Shown here one piece after another: positions 8,804 through 17,356 of a DNA stretch of 58,012 nt. The position numbers were made by a program, and so were the translations under genes. This DNA comes from a candidate division WS1 bacterium. Its GTDB lineage: Bacteria; Armatimonadota; Zipacnadia; Zipacnadales; Zipacnadaceae. Every line of letters begins with the position of its first letter. Positions within the stretch are counted from its first letter, which is position 1. The stretch is taken from positions 1 through 58,012 of the forward strand of contig JAAYIR010000207.1 in the NCBI GenBank assembly GCA_012523355.1, given 5' to 3'. The notes under the pieces were generated by a model. That model searched no databases and was not told where the DNA came from. It saw only the letters and a program-made list of their open reading frames with translations.

Positions 8804-10429
8804 TTACTGATTTGTCTGAGGTCCAAACTCGATACTTTGCTCGATCCCGATGAAGGGAAGGTTCCTGTCCAAAGCGCGATTGATGCCGGTGGTCAGCCGT
8901 GTCCAGGGGCCGACCTTGTAGTACAGGCGCAGATCCAGGCGCGGATTGGCGGGATTCCAGCCCTCGGCCTCCAGCATGAGGTCGGGCTCGGGCAGATAAT
9001 CCACACCGACCCCCAGGCGCCCCCCGAATACCCCAACGCGGGCATAGCCGTCGTGACTGAAGGGAATGGAGCGCTGCAGGTTGAGCGCGCCATCATCACC
9101 GATGCTGCGTACACCTATCCGCCAGAAGGAGAGAGGGTCATCGCCGTAGCGCAGGTCAAAGTCGGCATCCCCCCGCCAGCGGCTGCCGCCGGAGGCCTCC
9201 AGGCGGAATCTTCCCGTGGTGAGGTCAGGCTTCACGCCGGTAGCCAACCCGTCCAGCCGGGTCATGGTCGTCTGGACACGATCCAGGGTCACGTTGGTCT
9301 TCTGAGCGATCTCGACGCTCTCCTCGCTAACCTGCGCTAGGTTCTGGATCGAGGTGCTGATAGCCTCCAGGTTCTCCTTATTGGCAAAGACCTGTTTGCT
9401 GGCCTCGGACACTTCCTTGAGGTCCTCGGTGACCTGCCGCAAGTTGTCTAACGTGGTGCGGAAGTCCTCCTGTAGTTGAGGATCGTCAGTCATGCTACGT
9501 ATGGAGGCGCTGATCACCTTCAAATTCTCAGAGGCTTCTGCGGCATTGGCGGCTAACTGATCCAGGCGGCGCTGGTTCTCCGGGTTGGCAATCAGGCCTT
9601 GTGCCGATTCGGCGGTGGTCCGCAGAGCCTCACTGGCCGCGCGGATATTGGCCACGGTCAGAATTAGATTGGCGGGCAGCGGTCCGCTAGCCAGACCCTC
9701 TACTACGCCAGTGAGTTGCATCACGCCGGCGCGGATCTGCTTGACGGTGGCGTCGGCGTTGGTGACTATGCTACGGACGGAGGCCTCGTTGGACACAACC
9801 AGCCGGTTCAGGTTGGCGACCAGTTGAGCGGCCCCGGCCGTAATCACGTTGAGCTGGTTGGCCGCAGTCTTCATGCTCGTCAGAAGCAGTTGGACGTCGC
9901 GCTTGATCTCTGGATTCGCGTAGGTAGAAACAAGTTGGTCCAGGGCTCTATTGGCGTTCGCTACCAGCACTTGGGCCTGATCTCCCAGGGCCGCAAAGCC
10001 CATGATCTCGCCGCCATCCAGGTGGGTATCGGGCGCCAAGGTTGCGCCCCGGGTCAGCCCCGCTGCCGCCAGTTCCGGCTCCGTTGGTCGACGTACCGAC
10101 ACAAACCGATCTCCCAGCATGCCTGACTGGTCAATCACCCACGCATCGGTAGTGAAGAACTTCACCTCCTGGTCAATGGAGACCACCACACGAACAGACT
10201 TGCCCGGGAAATCCGGGGAGGGAGCCAGGGCGATGCTTTGCACCTTGCCCACTCTAACCCCGGACATTTCCACGTTGGCTCTAACAGCCAGCCCCTTCAC
10301 GTCACGAAAATGAAGCACGAGGTTGTAGGTACCGAGCCGGCTCGTGTACTCGCTGAGATACAGGGCGACCCCTACCGCCAGGAGTAGAACCACCAGGAAT
10401 AATATGCCGACTTTGACTTCCGCTTTCAC
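8804..10429 (-). CDS. MlaD/MCE-domain protein, unusually long (541 aa): N-terminal TM, MCE domain, long helical region and beta-rich C-terminal domain
   Basis: TM helix GILFLVVLLLAVGVALYL, then an MCE-like core (YNLVLHFRDVKGLAVRANVEMSGVRVGKV). The gene sits directly downstream of mlaE/mlaF homologues. Confidence 0.75.
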   Translation of the reverse strand: MKAEVKVGILFLVVLLLAVGVALYLSEYTSRLGTYNLVLHFRDVKGLAVRANVEMSGVRVGKVQSIALAPSPDFPGKSVRVVVSIDQEVKFFTTDAWVIDQSGMLGDRFVSVRRPTEPELAAAGLTRGATLAPDTHLDGGEIMGFAALGDQAQVLVANANRALDQLVSTYANPEIKRDVQLLLTSMKTAANQLNVITAGAAQLVANLNRLVVSNEASVRSIVTNADATVKQIRAGVMQLTGVVEGLASGPLPANLILTVANIRAASEALRTTAESAQGLIANPENQRRLDQLAANAAEASENLKVISASIRSMTDDPQLQEDFRTTLDNLRQVTEDLKEVSEASKQVFANKENLEAISTSIQNLAQVSEESVEIAQKTNVTLDRVQTTMTRLDGLATGVKPDLTTGRFRLEASGGSRWRGDADFDLRYGDDPLSFWRIGVRSIGDDGALNLQRSIPFSHDGYARVGVFGGRLGVGVDYLPEPDLMLEAEGWNPANPRLDLRLYYKVGPWTRLTTGINRALDRNLPFIGIEQSIEFGPQTNQ

Positions 10430-10498
10430 GATGCCTCCGTGCAGCGGCCCGGGAAGAGCTGCACAACAGCGGCCCAGTGTGACGGCCTCGGGTTGACC

Positions 10499-11266
10499 TT
10501 ACACCTTGATTGGACCTTCGGGAAGGCCCAGCACGAACTGGCGTACCTCGGGCACAGAACAACACCGTAAACGGTCCGGCGTGTCCTCGGCCACGATGCG
10601 CCCTTGGTGCAGCATGATAACACGATCCGCGATCGAGAACAGGCGCTCCACCTCATGCGTGACCACAACTGAGGTCATGCCAAAGTCGCTGCGCAGTTTG
10701 CTGATCAGTTGCAGGATGACGCCAGACATAATTGGGTCCAGGCCAGCCGTGGGCTCATCGTAGAGCATGATCTCCGGCTCCATGACGAGCGCGCGTGCAA
10801 TTCCCACCCGCTTGCGCATGCCCCCCGAAAGATGAGAGGGCATCCGATCGCCGAAGTCCTCCATCCCCACAGTATCCAGGTGCTCACTCACTCTTTGCCG
10901 AATTTCCTGTTCGGGGAGCGAGTGGCGAGAGCGTTGCAGCCCGAAAGCGACATTCTCCGCCACGCTCATGGAGTCGAACAAAGCCGCGCCCTGAAAGCAG
11001 AGACCCATCTTGGTTCTGACCTGATTAAGTTGGTGCTCGCTGAGCCCTGTAATGGACTGTCCCAGTATCTCAATCTGACCGGAAGTGGGCTTGATAAGCC
11101 CCATGAGTAGCCGCAGGAGCGTGCTCTTGCCGACGCCGCTCATGCCCATCACACCAAAGATTTCGCCGCGGGATACATGACAGGTGGCATCCGTGAGGAT
11201 GGGCGTATGGTCCACCTCGTAGTGCACTCCGCGCAGACGGACGACCTGTTCGCGTGCCTCGTTCAT
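10499..11266 (-). CDS. ABC transporter ATP-binding protein, MlaF-like
   Basis: Walker A GMSGVGKST, signature LSGGMRKRVGIARAL and Walker B MLYDEPTAGLD. Its start overlaps the upstream permease stop. Confidence 0.85.
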   Translation of the reverse strand: MNEAREQVVRLRGVHYEVDHTPILTDATCHVSRGEIFGVMGMSGVGKSTLLRLLMGLIKPTSGQIEILGQSITGLSEHQLNQVRTKMGLCFQGAALFDSMSVAENVAFGLQRSRHSLPEQEIRQRVSEHLDTVGMEDFGDRMPSHLSGGMRKRVGIARALVMEPEIMLYDEPTAGLDPIMSGVILQLISKLRSDFGMTSVVVTHEVERLFSIADRVIMLHQGRIVAEDTPDRLRCCSVPEVRQFVLGLPEGPIKV

Positions 11267-12135
11267 ACGGGATACAGCACCGCCGTGAGCGCCAGGTCCA
11301 TGGCGTAGATGAGCATGATCGAGTACACGACCGACCGGGTAGTGGCGCGACCTACCTCCTCGGAAGCCATCTCACAATACAGCCCCTGATGGCAGCCGAC
11401 CAGGGCAATGAGAATGCCGAAGGCCAGGGCCTTGATGAGACCGGCGATGATCACCCAGGGCGTCAGCCCGCCGGGAATGCTCGACCAGTACTGGGCCTCG
11501 TTGATGAACGGGCTTATGGTGGCCATCACGTAGCCGCCTGCCACGCCGGTGACATCTCCCATGAAGACCAGAACGGGCACCAGGATGAGACACGCTACAT
11601 AGCGGGGCAGCACCAGATAGTCCACCGGGTCGGTAGCCATGGCCCGCAACGCATCAATTTGCTCGGTGACCTTCATGGTCCCGATCTCGGCGGCCATGGC
11701 CGAACCGGAGCGTGCTGCCACTGCGATAGACACCAGCACCGGCCCTAACTCCCGGCATACAGACTCGGCTACGCCATAACCGACCATAGATCCCACGCCA
11801 TAGCGAGCCGCAGTCTGGGCGATGTGGTAGGCCAGGACCATGCCCGTGAAGGCCAGAGTCACCATGGCAACGGGCAAGGAGCCGATGCCCACCTCAGCCA
11901 TCTGTTTTGCGGTCTCACGCAGACTGAGACGACCACGGAGCAAGCCCCCCCAGGTATGCCAGTGCAGGAGGGTCAGTTCGCCATGATAGCGAAAAAAAGC
12001 CAACACCTGGAGACCAAGGGCGGCAAACAAGAGAGACTCACCCGCGCATCTGCGCCTGGAAGAATGGCTAGCTGCTACCTGGTAGGCAGGGGCATTATAG
12101 GGGGTCGCAGAGAGGGGTGTCAAGTTGAGCCGCAA
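11263..12135 (-). CDS. ABC transporter permease, MlaE-like
   Basis: A roughly 290-aa polytopic protein with MKVTEQIDAL and GGYV-type MlaE motifs, in the order permease-ATPase-MCE. Confidence 0.8.
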   Translation of the reverse strand: MRLNLTPLSATPYNAPAYQVAASHSSRRRCAGESLLFAALGLQVLAFFRYHGELTLLHWHTWGGLLRGRLSLRETAKQMAEVGIGSLPVAMVTLAFTGMVLAYHIAQTAARYGVGSMVGYGVAESVCRELGPVLVSIAVAARSGSAMAAEIGTMKVTEQIDALRAMATDPVDYLVLPRYVACLILVPVLVFMGDVTGVAGGYVMATISPFINEAQYWSSIPGGLTPWVIIAGLIKALAFGILIALVGCHQGLYCEMASEEVGRATTRSVVYSIMLIYAMDLALTAVLYPV

Positions 12136-12174
12136 CGCCAGCGCAGAACCGGGTTCCGTGGTTCCTTCCGGCCA

Positions 12175-12203
12175 TTGCCCTTCCCGGGCTTCTGTGGTAT
12201 ACT
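12175..12203 (+). promoter_or_regulatory. Putative sigma70-type promoter of rpmE
   Basis: TTGCCC (12175-12180), a 17-nt spacer, then TATACT (12198-12203), about 50 nt upstream of the rpmE start. Confidence 0.45.
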
Positions 12204-12254
12204 GAGTTCGCTCCGGCAGGTTGCCGGAGCGGATCGCTGTAAGGAGAGATGGAA

Positions 12255-12506
12255 ATGAAGCCGGGGATTCACCCAGAATACATGGAGTCCAAGGTGATCT
12301 GCGCTTGCGGGAGCACCTTCGTGACTCGTTCCACCAAGCCGGAAATCAAGGTGGAGGTCTGCTCCGCGTGTCACCCCTTCTATACGGGGCAGCAGAAGAT
12401 GATTGACAGCGAGGGCCGCGTGGATCGCTTCATCCGACGCTACAACCTGCAGGACCGCTACAAGCGGTCGCGCAAAGCGGAGAAGCAGACCGCTGCCGAC
12501 AAGTAG
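12255..12506 (+). CDS. rpmE: 50S ribosomal protein L31 (Cys-containing, Zn-type)
   Basis: MKPGIHPEY start with four cysteines (CAC ... CSAC) and HPFYTG. The SD AAGGAGAG at 12241-12248 favours ATG 12255 over ATG 12249. Confidence 0.9.
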   Translation: MKPGIHPEYMESKVICACGSTFVTRSTKPEIKVEVCSACHPFYTGQQKMIDSEGRVDRFIRRYNLQDRYKRSRKAEKQTAADK

Positions 12507-12529
12507 CTCTACCTCAGACTGCGAACGGT

Positions 12530-12555
12530 AAGCCCGGGCTCTTGTGCCTGGGCTT
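12530..12555 (+). terminator. Hairpin downstream of rpmE (possible weak terminator or attenuator)
   Basis: A 10-bp stem, AAGCCCGGGC / GCCTGGGCTT (one G-U pair), with a 6-nt loop. There is no clear U-tract. Confidence 0.3.
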
Positions 12556-12569
12556 CCGTGTATATAAAG

Positions 12570-13613
12570 ATGCCAGAACGGGAAGCCGGTGAGCAAGCGC
12601 AACACTTCTATGGTGGCCAGGCCGTCATCGAGGGCGTCATGATGCGCGGCGAAGACCACTACGGGATCGCGGTACGCCGCTCTGATGGCCAGGTAGTGCT
12701 ACTCAGCGAGCCGCTTTCCGGCTGGGCCGTCAAGCCGGGCTGGCATAAGTGGCCGCTCATCCGGGGCTGCTACATGCTGGTTGAGAGCCTCTCCCTGGGG
12801 ATGAAAGCTCTCCAGTTCTCTGCCGACGTTCTCACCCAGGAAGAGGCGGAGAAGGCCCAGGCGGAAACCGGGGAAGGGCCAGCTCCTGAAGCTCCTCCGA
12901 CAACCATGAGTCGTGCCCTGATGTGGCTTACTACCGCGTTCGCGCTGGCCCTGGGGATCGGCTTGTTCCTGCTGCTGCCCACGGCTGTACCCCGCTGGAT
13001 CTGGGGCTCGAAGGTCATGGGCTTGGGAGCGGAGAGTATTCTCCTGAACGTGGTGGAGGGCGGCGTTCGGCTCCTGATCATCATCCTCTACATACTGAGC
13101 ATCTCGCTCATGAAGTATGTGCGCAGAGTCTTTGAATACCACGGGGCTGAGCATGCCACCATCAACTGCTACGAGGCCGGAGAGGAACTGACTCCGGCTA
13201 GCTGTTTGCGTCATACCCCTCTGCATCCTCGCTGTGGCAGCGCCTTCTTGCTGGTCGTGATTGTGGTGAAGATCATTGTTGGCTGTTTCCTGGGCTGGCC
13301 GGTGTTGTGGTTGCGTATGGTCTTGCGCCTGGCGCTGTTGCCGGTAGTGGCCGCGCTGGCCTATGAGATATTGCGTTGGGCCGGGCGTCACCGCCACTCC
13401 CTCCTCGCCACCCTGCTGGCAGGTCCCGGTCTGCTGCTGCAAATGCTGACCACGCGTCGGCCCGATCGCTCGGAGATTGAAATCGCGCTCTATGCGCTGC
13501 ATGGCGCCTCCGCCGGGAGAATCCCCTTGCCGGCTGGTTTCCCGGAGCCGCAGCGGGTAGATGTAAGACTGCAGCCGCTCCGGCGGGAGGTGGTAAGTGG
13601 TGGATCTTGCTGA
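12570..13613 (+). CDS. DUF1385-family membrane protein (conserved upstream partner of prfA/prmC)
   Basis: The FYGGQAVIEGVMMRG motif is followed by several TM helices and EYHGAEH. The synteny rpmE-DUF1385-prfA-prmC matches that in Firmicutes. Confidence 0.8.
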   Translation: MPEREAGEQAQHFYGGQAVIEGVMMRGEDHYGIAVRRSDGQVVLLSEPLSGWAVKPGWHKWPLIRGCYMLVESLSLGMKALQFSADVLTQEEAEKAQAETGEGPAPEAPPTTMSRALMWLTTAFALALGIGLFLLLPTAVPRWIWGSKVMGLGAESILLNVVEGGVRLLIIILYILSISLMKYVRRVFEYHGAEHATINCYEAGEELTPASCLRHTPLHPRCGSAFLLVVIVVKIIVGCFLGWPVLWLRMVLRLALLPVVAALAYEILRWAGRHRHSLLATLLAGPGLLLQMLTTRRPDRSEIEIALYALHGASAGRIPLPAGFPEPQRVDVRLQPLRREVVSGGSC

Positions 13614-14685
13614 GGCAATGCAGACGCTGGAGGTGGAGTTGCAGGAGGTGGAGCGCGCCCTCTCCGCGCCCGACGCCACTGCCGACCACGAGCGCTTCAA
13701 GCAACTCTCGCGCCGGTATGCGGAGTTGCAGCCCACCATCACCCTTTACCATGACTACCAGGCGGTTGCGCGTGATCGGGACGAGGCGCAGGCCATGCTG
13801 GGCGAAGCCGAGAACGAAGAAATGCGTGAATTCCTGGTCCAGGAGCTGGAAACAGCCAGGCTGCGGGCTGCGGCATTGGAGGAGCAGATACTTCTGGCGT
13901 TGGTCCCGCGTGATCCCATGGAAGACAAGCCGGCCATCATTGAGATTCGCGCCGGGACCGGTGGAGATGAAGCCGCACTCTTTGCACGCGACCTGTTCAC
14001 CATGTACGCCCGCCTGGCCGAACGACGCGGCTGGAAGACCGAAGTCCTGTCGCTCAGCGAAGCCGAAAAGGGTGGTATCAAGGAGATTGTCTTCAAGGTA
14101 GAGGCGCCAGGCGCCTACGGGATTCTGGAGCTCGAGAGCGGAGTGCACCGGGTGCAACGCGTGCCGGAGACCGAGTCCCAGGGACGCATTCATACCTCTG
14201 CTGCGACCGTGGCCGTGCTGCCAGAGGTGGAAGATGTTGACGTGGAGATTGACCCCTCGGATCTCACGGTGGAGGTCTTCCGTGCCGGGGGGCCGGGGGG
14301 CCAACACATGCAGAAGAATGAGACTGCGGTGCGCATTACGCACGCGCCCACTGGAATGAGTGTGGTCGCCTCCAGCGAACGTTCGCAGCTTCAGAACCGT
14401 GAGCGCGCCATGTCTGTGCTCCGCGCCCGGTTGTATGAACGGCAGCGTCGCGAACAGGAGGAAGCGGTAGCAGCCACGCGACGCATGCAGATCGGCAGCG
14501 GGGACCGCAGCGAGAAGATTCGCACCTACAACTTCCCTCAGGACCGACTCACCGACCATCGCGCCGGCCTGACTCTGCACAATCTACCGGCGCTGATGAA
14601 CGGGGAGTTGGAGGAGTTGATCGCGGCTTTAGACGGGTACCGCGAGAAGCAGCGGCTGGCCAACCTCATGGAGGAGACCGGATGA
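13597..14685 (+). CDS. prfA: Peptide chain release factor 1
   Basis: GGQ motif (GPGGQHMQKNETAVRITH) and a RF1-type domain. GTG at 13597 is preceded by GGGAGG; an alternative ATG lies at 13618. Confidence 0.9.
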   Translation: MVDLAEAMQTLEVELQEVERALSAPDATADHERFKQLSRRYAELQPTITLYHDYQAVARDRDEAQAMLGEAENEEMREFLVQELETARLRAAALEEQILLALVPRDPMEDKPAIIEIRAGTGGDEAALFARDLFTMYARLAERRGWKTEVLSLSEAEKGGIKEIVFKVEAPGAYGILELESGVHRVQRVPETESQGRIHTSAATVAVLPEVEDVDVEIDPSDLTVEVFRAGGPGGQHMQKNETAVRITHAPTGMSVVASSERSQLQNRERAMSVLRARLYERQRREQEEAVAATRRMQIGSGDRSEKIRTYNFPQDRLTDHRAGLTLHNLPALMNGELEELIAALDGYREKQRLANLMEETG

Positions 14686-15599
14686 GCTGCCTGACTGTCC
14701 GGGACCTGTACCGGGAAGCCTGTCGGAGGCTGGTGGAGGCCGGGGTGGACTCGCCGGAGTGGGATGCCCGGGCCCTGCTGCTGGAAATGCTGCATATGGA
14801 CGAGGTGGGCCTCCTGCTCAGCCAGCAGCAGACTGTGCCGCCGCCGGTCCTCGAGAGCTTCCTGGCTCTGGTCGCGCGGCGCGCTGAACGCGAGCCGCTG
14901 GCCTACATCCTCGGGCGGGTTGAGTTCCATGGGCTGCGGTTTGCCTGTGACGCGAGAGCGTTGGTCCCTCGGCAGGAGACAGAAATTCTGGTGGAACGAG
15001 CCCACCACTGGTGCAAGGCTTTGCCGCCGGGTTCTCTGGTCGTGGATGTGGGCACCGGCTCCGGGGTGATCGCGCTTGTCCTGGCGGCGCTGAACTCCCA
15101 ACTCGTCGCATGGGGCACCGACATCAGCGCGCAAGCTCTGCAGTTGGCGGCTGAGAACGCCCGCTATTATCACCTGCAGGGGCGGGTTCACTGGGCCCGT
15201 GGACCGGGGTTACAGCCGCTTTATGAAGCTGGCGTGGCGGAGCAGGTTGCCGTGGTGGTCAGCAACCCCCCCTACGTGCGATCTGGTGACTACGCGAAGC
15301 TGCAGCCCGAGATTCGGCAGCATGAGCCACGCGGGGCGCTCGATGGAGGAGCTGATGGCCTGGAGGTGTACCGGGCGCTGCTGGCCGACTGCGCCTCCCT
15401 GCCCCGGCTGGAAGCCGTCTGTCTCGAGATTGGCGCGGCGCAGGCCGAGGCGGTTACGACTCTGGCGCTTGACTACTTGCCGGCGGCCTCCGTTAAGGTC
15501 TTCGCGGATCTCGCCGGCCTGGCTCGGGTGGTGGAGTTGAGTTTGTCTACCACCGGGAGAACCACAACGCACGACCGAATGGTGGCGGAGGGCGTCTAG
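14682..15599 (+). CDS. prmC: Release factor glutamine N5-methyltransferase
   Basis: The SAM-binding motif VDVGTGSGVIAL and the catalytic NPPY (VVSNPPYV) are present. The start overlaps the prfA stop (ATGA). Confidence 0.9.
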   Translation: MSCLTVRDLYREACRRLVEAGVDSPEWDARALLLEMLHMDEVGLLLSQQQTVPPPVLESFLALVARRAEREPLAYILGRVEFHGLRFACDARALVPRQETEILVERAHHWCKALPPGSLVVDVGTGSGVIALVLAALNSQLVAWGTDISAQALQLAAENARYYHLQGRVHWARGPGLQPLYEAGVAEQVAVVVSNPPYVRSGDYAKLQPEIRQHEPRGALDGGADGLEVYRALLADCASLPRLEAVCLEIGAAQAEAVTTLALDYLPAASVKVFADLAGLARVVELSLSTTGRTTTHDRMVAEGV

Positions 15600-15600
15600 C

Positions 15601-16236
15601 GTGCCCGCCACACGGGTGTTGCAGCTCGAGGAGCGGCAAGAGGTCCTGGTGCAGGCTTTTGTCGAAGCCGCCGATCGTGGCCAACTGCTGATTTTCCCGA
15701 CCGATACGGTCTATGGTCTGGGAGTACGGGCGGACAGCCTCTCCGCGGTTCGACGCCTGTACGAGGCGAAGGGCCGGCCCGCGGGGCTGCCGCTGCCCCT
15801 TCTAACCGGCGACCGCGACCGCCTGGCAGAGGTGGTGAGCGCCTGGCCCGAGGCGGCAGAGCGCCTGGCCGCCGCCTTCTGGCCCGGGCCACTGACCCTG
15901 GTGCTGGCACGGCATCCCAGGGTCCCCGCGCTCGTCACCGGGGGGCGGGATACGGTAGGCGTACGCATGCCGGCCCAGGAGGCCCTCCTCACCTGGCTGC
16001 AGGCGTGTCCTTTCCCTCTGGCTGTGAGCAGCGCCAATCTGAGCGGGGAGCCGGAGGCGGTGACGGTCAAGCAGATCCCGGTTGAGGTGCTGGCGGCAGC
16101 CTCCTTGGTGCTGGACGGGGGTCCTTGTTCCGGCGGGAGACCTTCCACGGTAGTGGACCTGACGGGACCGGCGCCGCGTATCCTGCGGCCTGGCCCAATC
16201 TCCGAGGACCAGATCCGGGAGTGTCTACGGTCCTAA
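15601..16236 (+). CDS. tsaC: L-threonylcarbamoyladenylate synthase (short TsaC/YwlC type)
   Basis: IFPTDTVYGLG, KGRPAGLPLPLL and SSANLSGEP motifs, with a GTG start 2 nt after the prmC stop. Confidence 0.85.
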   Translation: MPATRVLQLEERQEVLVQAFVEAADRGQLLIFPTDTVYGLGVRADSLSAVRRLYEAKGRPAGLPLPLLTGDRDRLAEVVSAWPEAAERLAAAFWPGPLTLVLARHPRVPALVTGGRDTVGVRMPAQEALLTWLQACPFPLAVSSANLSGEPEAVTVKQIPVEVLAAASLVLDGGPCSGGRPSTVVDLTGPAPRILRPGPISEDQIRECLRS

Positions 16237-16306
16237 TCAGGAAGGCCTGCGCTCCTGGCCGGAAGAATAGGCCGGAGGAAACGCCTCCAGCTTGAGGTGA
16301 AGTCTC

Positions 16307-17356
16307 ATGAAGATTGGTCTGGTGGGTCTTCCTGGCAGTGGCAAGAGCACTTGTTTCCGTCTCCTCACAGGGAGGCAGCACGGTGGGTCCACCTCGGATG
16401 TTGCTGTGGTGGAGGTGCCTGATCCGCGCACGCTACGCATCGCTGCGATCTATCAGTCTCCGAAGATTGTTCAGCCAGAAACCACCTTCGTGGACCTGAT
16501 GGCCGTTCACCAGGGTGACAGCAGCGAGGGCGAGGCGCTCAGCCTGGTGAAGGTCGCTGGCGACGCTGATGCCTTTGTCCTCGTGCTCCAGTGCTTTGGG
16601 GAGTTAGACGCCTCTGGAAATCCTCTTGACCCCGCGGCTGATCTGGAGACTCTGCTCCTGGAGATGGCCTTGACGGACCTGGCTATCGTGGAGGGGCGGC
16701 GCCAACGCCTGGCGAAAACCGGCACGCGTGACCCGCATGCCCACTGGGAGACCGAGGTACTGGAACACTGCGAGACCCACCTGAGTGCGGGCGGTGCGCT
16801 GCGTGACCTGGACTTGTCCGAGGAGCAACGCAAGTACCTCCGGGGCTTTTCGCTTCTCACGATGAAGCCCTGGCTGGTGGCGCTGAATGTGGCTGAAGAG
16901 GACCTGGTGGGGGAGAGGGCGGTGGGGGCCCGGCAACTGGCGGAACAGCGCGGATTACCGTGGATCATCTTCTGCGCGGCGCTGGAGGCAGAGATAGAAC
17001 AGCTTCCTCCCGAGGAGCGAGCCGCCTTCGCCGCCGACTACGGGCTGGTGGAGCCCGGGCGTGAGCGGCTGATTCATGCTGCGTACCGCTTGCTGGAGGT
17101 CATAACGTTCTTTACTGGAGGGCCAACGGAGGCTCACGCCTGGACGCTGAGCGCCGGAGCCACTGCAGTGGAGGCGGCCGGCAGGATTCATACCGACCTG
17201 GAGAAGGGTTTCATTCGCGCAGAGGTGATCTCGTTTCAGGACCTCGAGGAAATGGGGAGCGAGAAGTCAGTTAAGGAACATGGTCGCCTGCGCGTCGAGG
17301 GCCGAACATACGTCGTGAAAGACGGCGACATTCTGTTCATCCGTTTTAGTCGTTGA
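16307..17356 (+). CDS. YchF/Ola1-like ATPase, divergent G-domain
   Basis: Walker A GLPGSGKST is present. The C-terminal YchF-specific block FFTGGPTEAHAWT...GATAVEAAGRIHTDLEKGFIRAEV...VKDGDILFIRF is well conserved, while the switch regions are degenerate. Confidence 0.8.
   Translation: MKIGLVGLPGSGKSTCFRLLTGRQHGGSTSDVAVVEVPDPRTLRIAAIYQSPKIVQPETTFVDLMAVHQGDSSEGEALSLVKVAGDADAFVLVLQCFGELDASGNPLDPAADLETLLLEMALTDLAIVEGRRQRLAKTGTRDPHAHWETEVLEHCETHLSAGGALRDLDLSEEQRKYLRGFSLLTMKPWLVALNVAEEDLVGERAVGARQLAEQRGLPWIIFCAALEAEIEQLPPEERAAFAADYGLVEPGRERLIHAAYRLLEVITFFTGGPTEAHAWTLSAGATAVEAAGRIHTDLEKGFIRAEVISFQDLEEMGSEKSVKEHGRLRVEGRTYVVKDGDILFIRFSR

Noticed and set aside
8021-9340. A 439-aa ORF on the plus strand.
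   Set aside because: It runs antisense to rplI and the MCE gene. Its composition is Gly/Arg/Leu/Ala-rich with no motifs, which is the typical high-GC shadow ORF opposite strongly supported genes.
13273-14580. A 435-aa ORF on the minus strand.
   Set aside because: It is antisense to prfA, which carries the GGQ motif and conserved synteny. This is a shadow frame with no recognisable domains.
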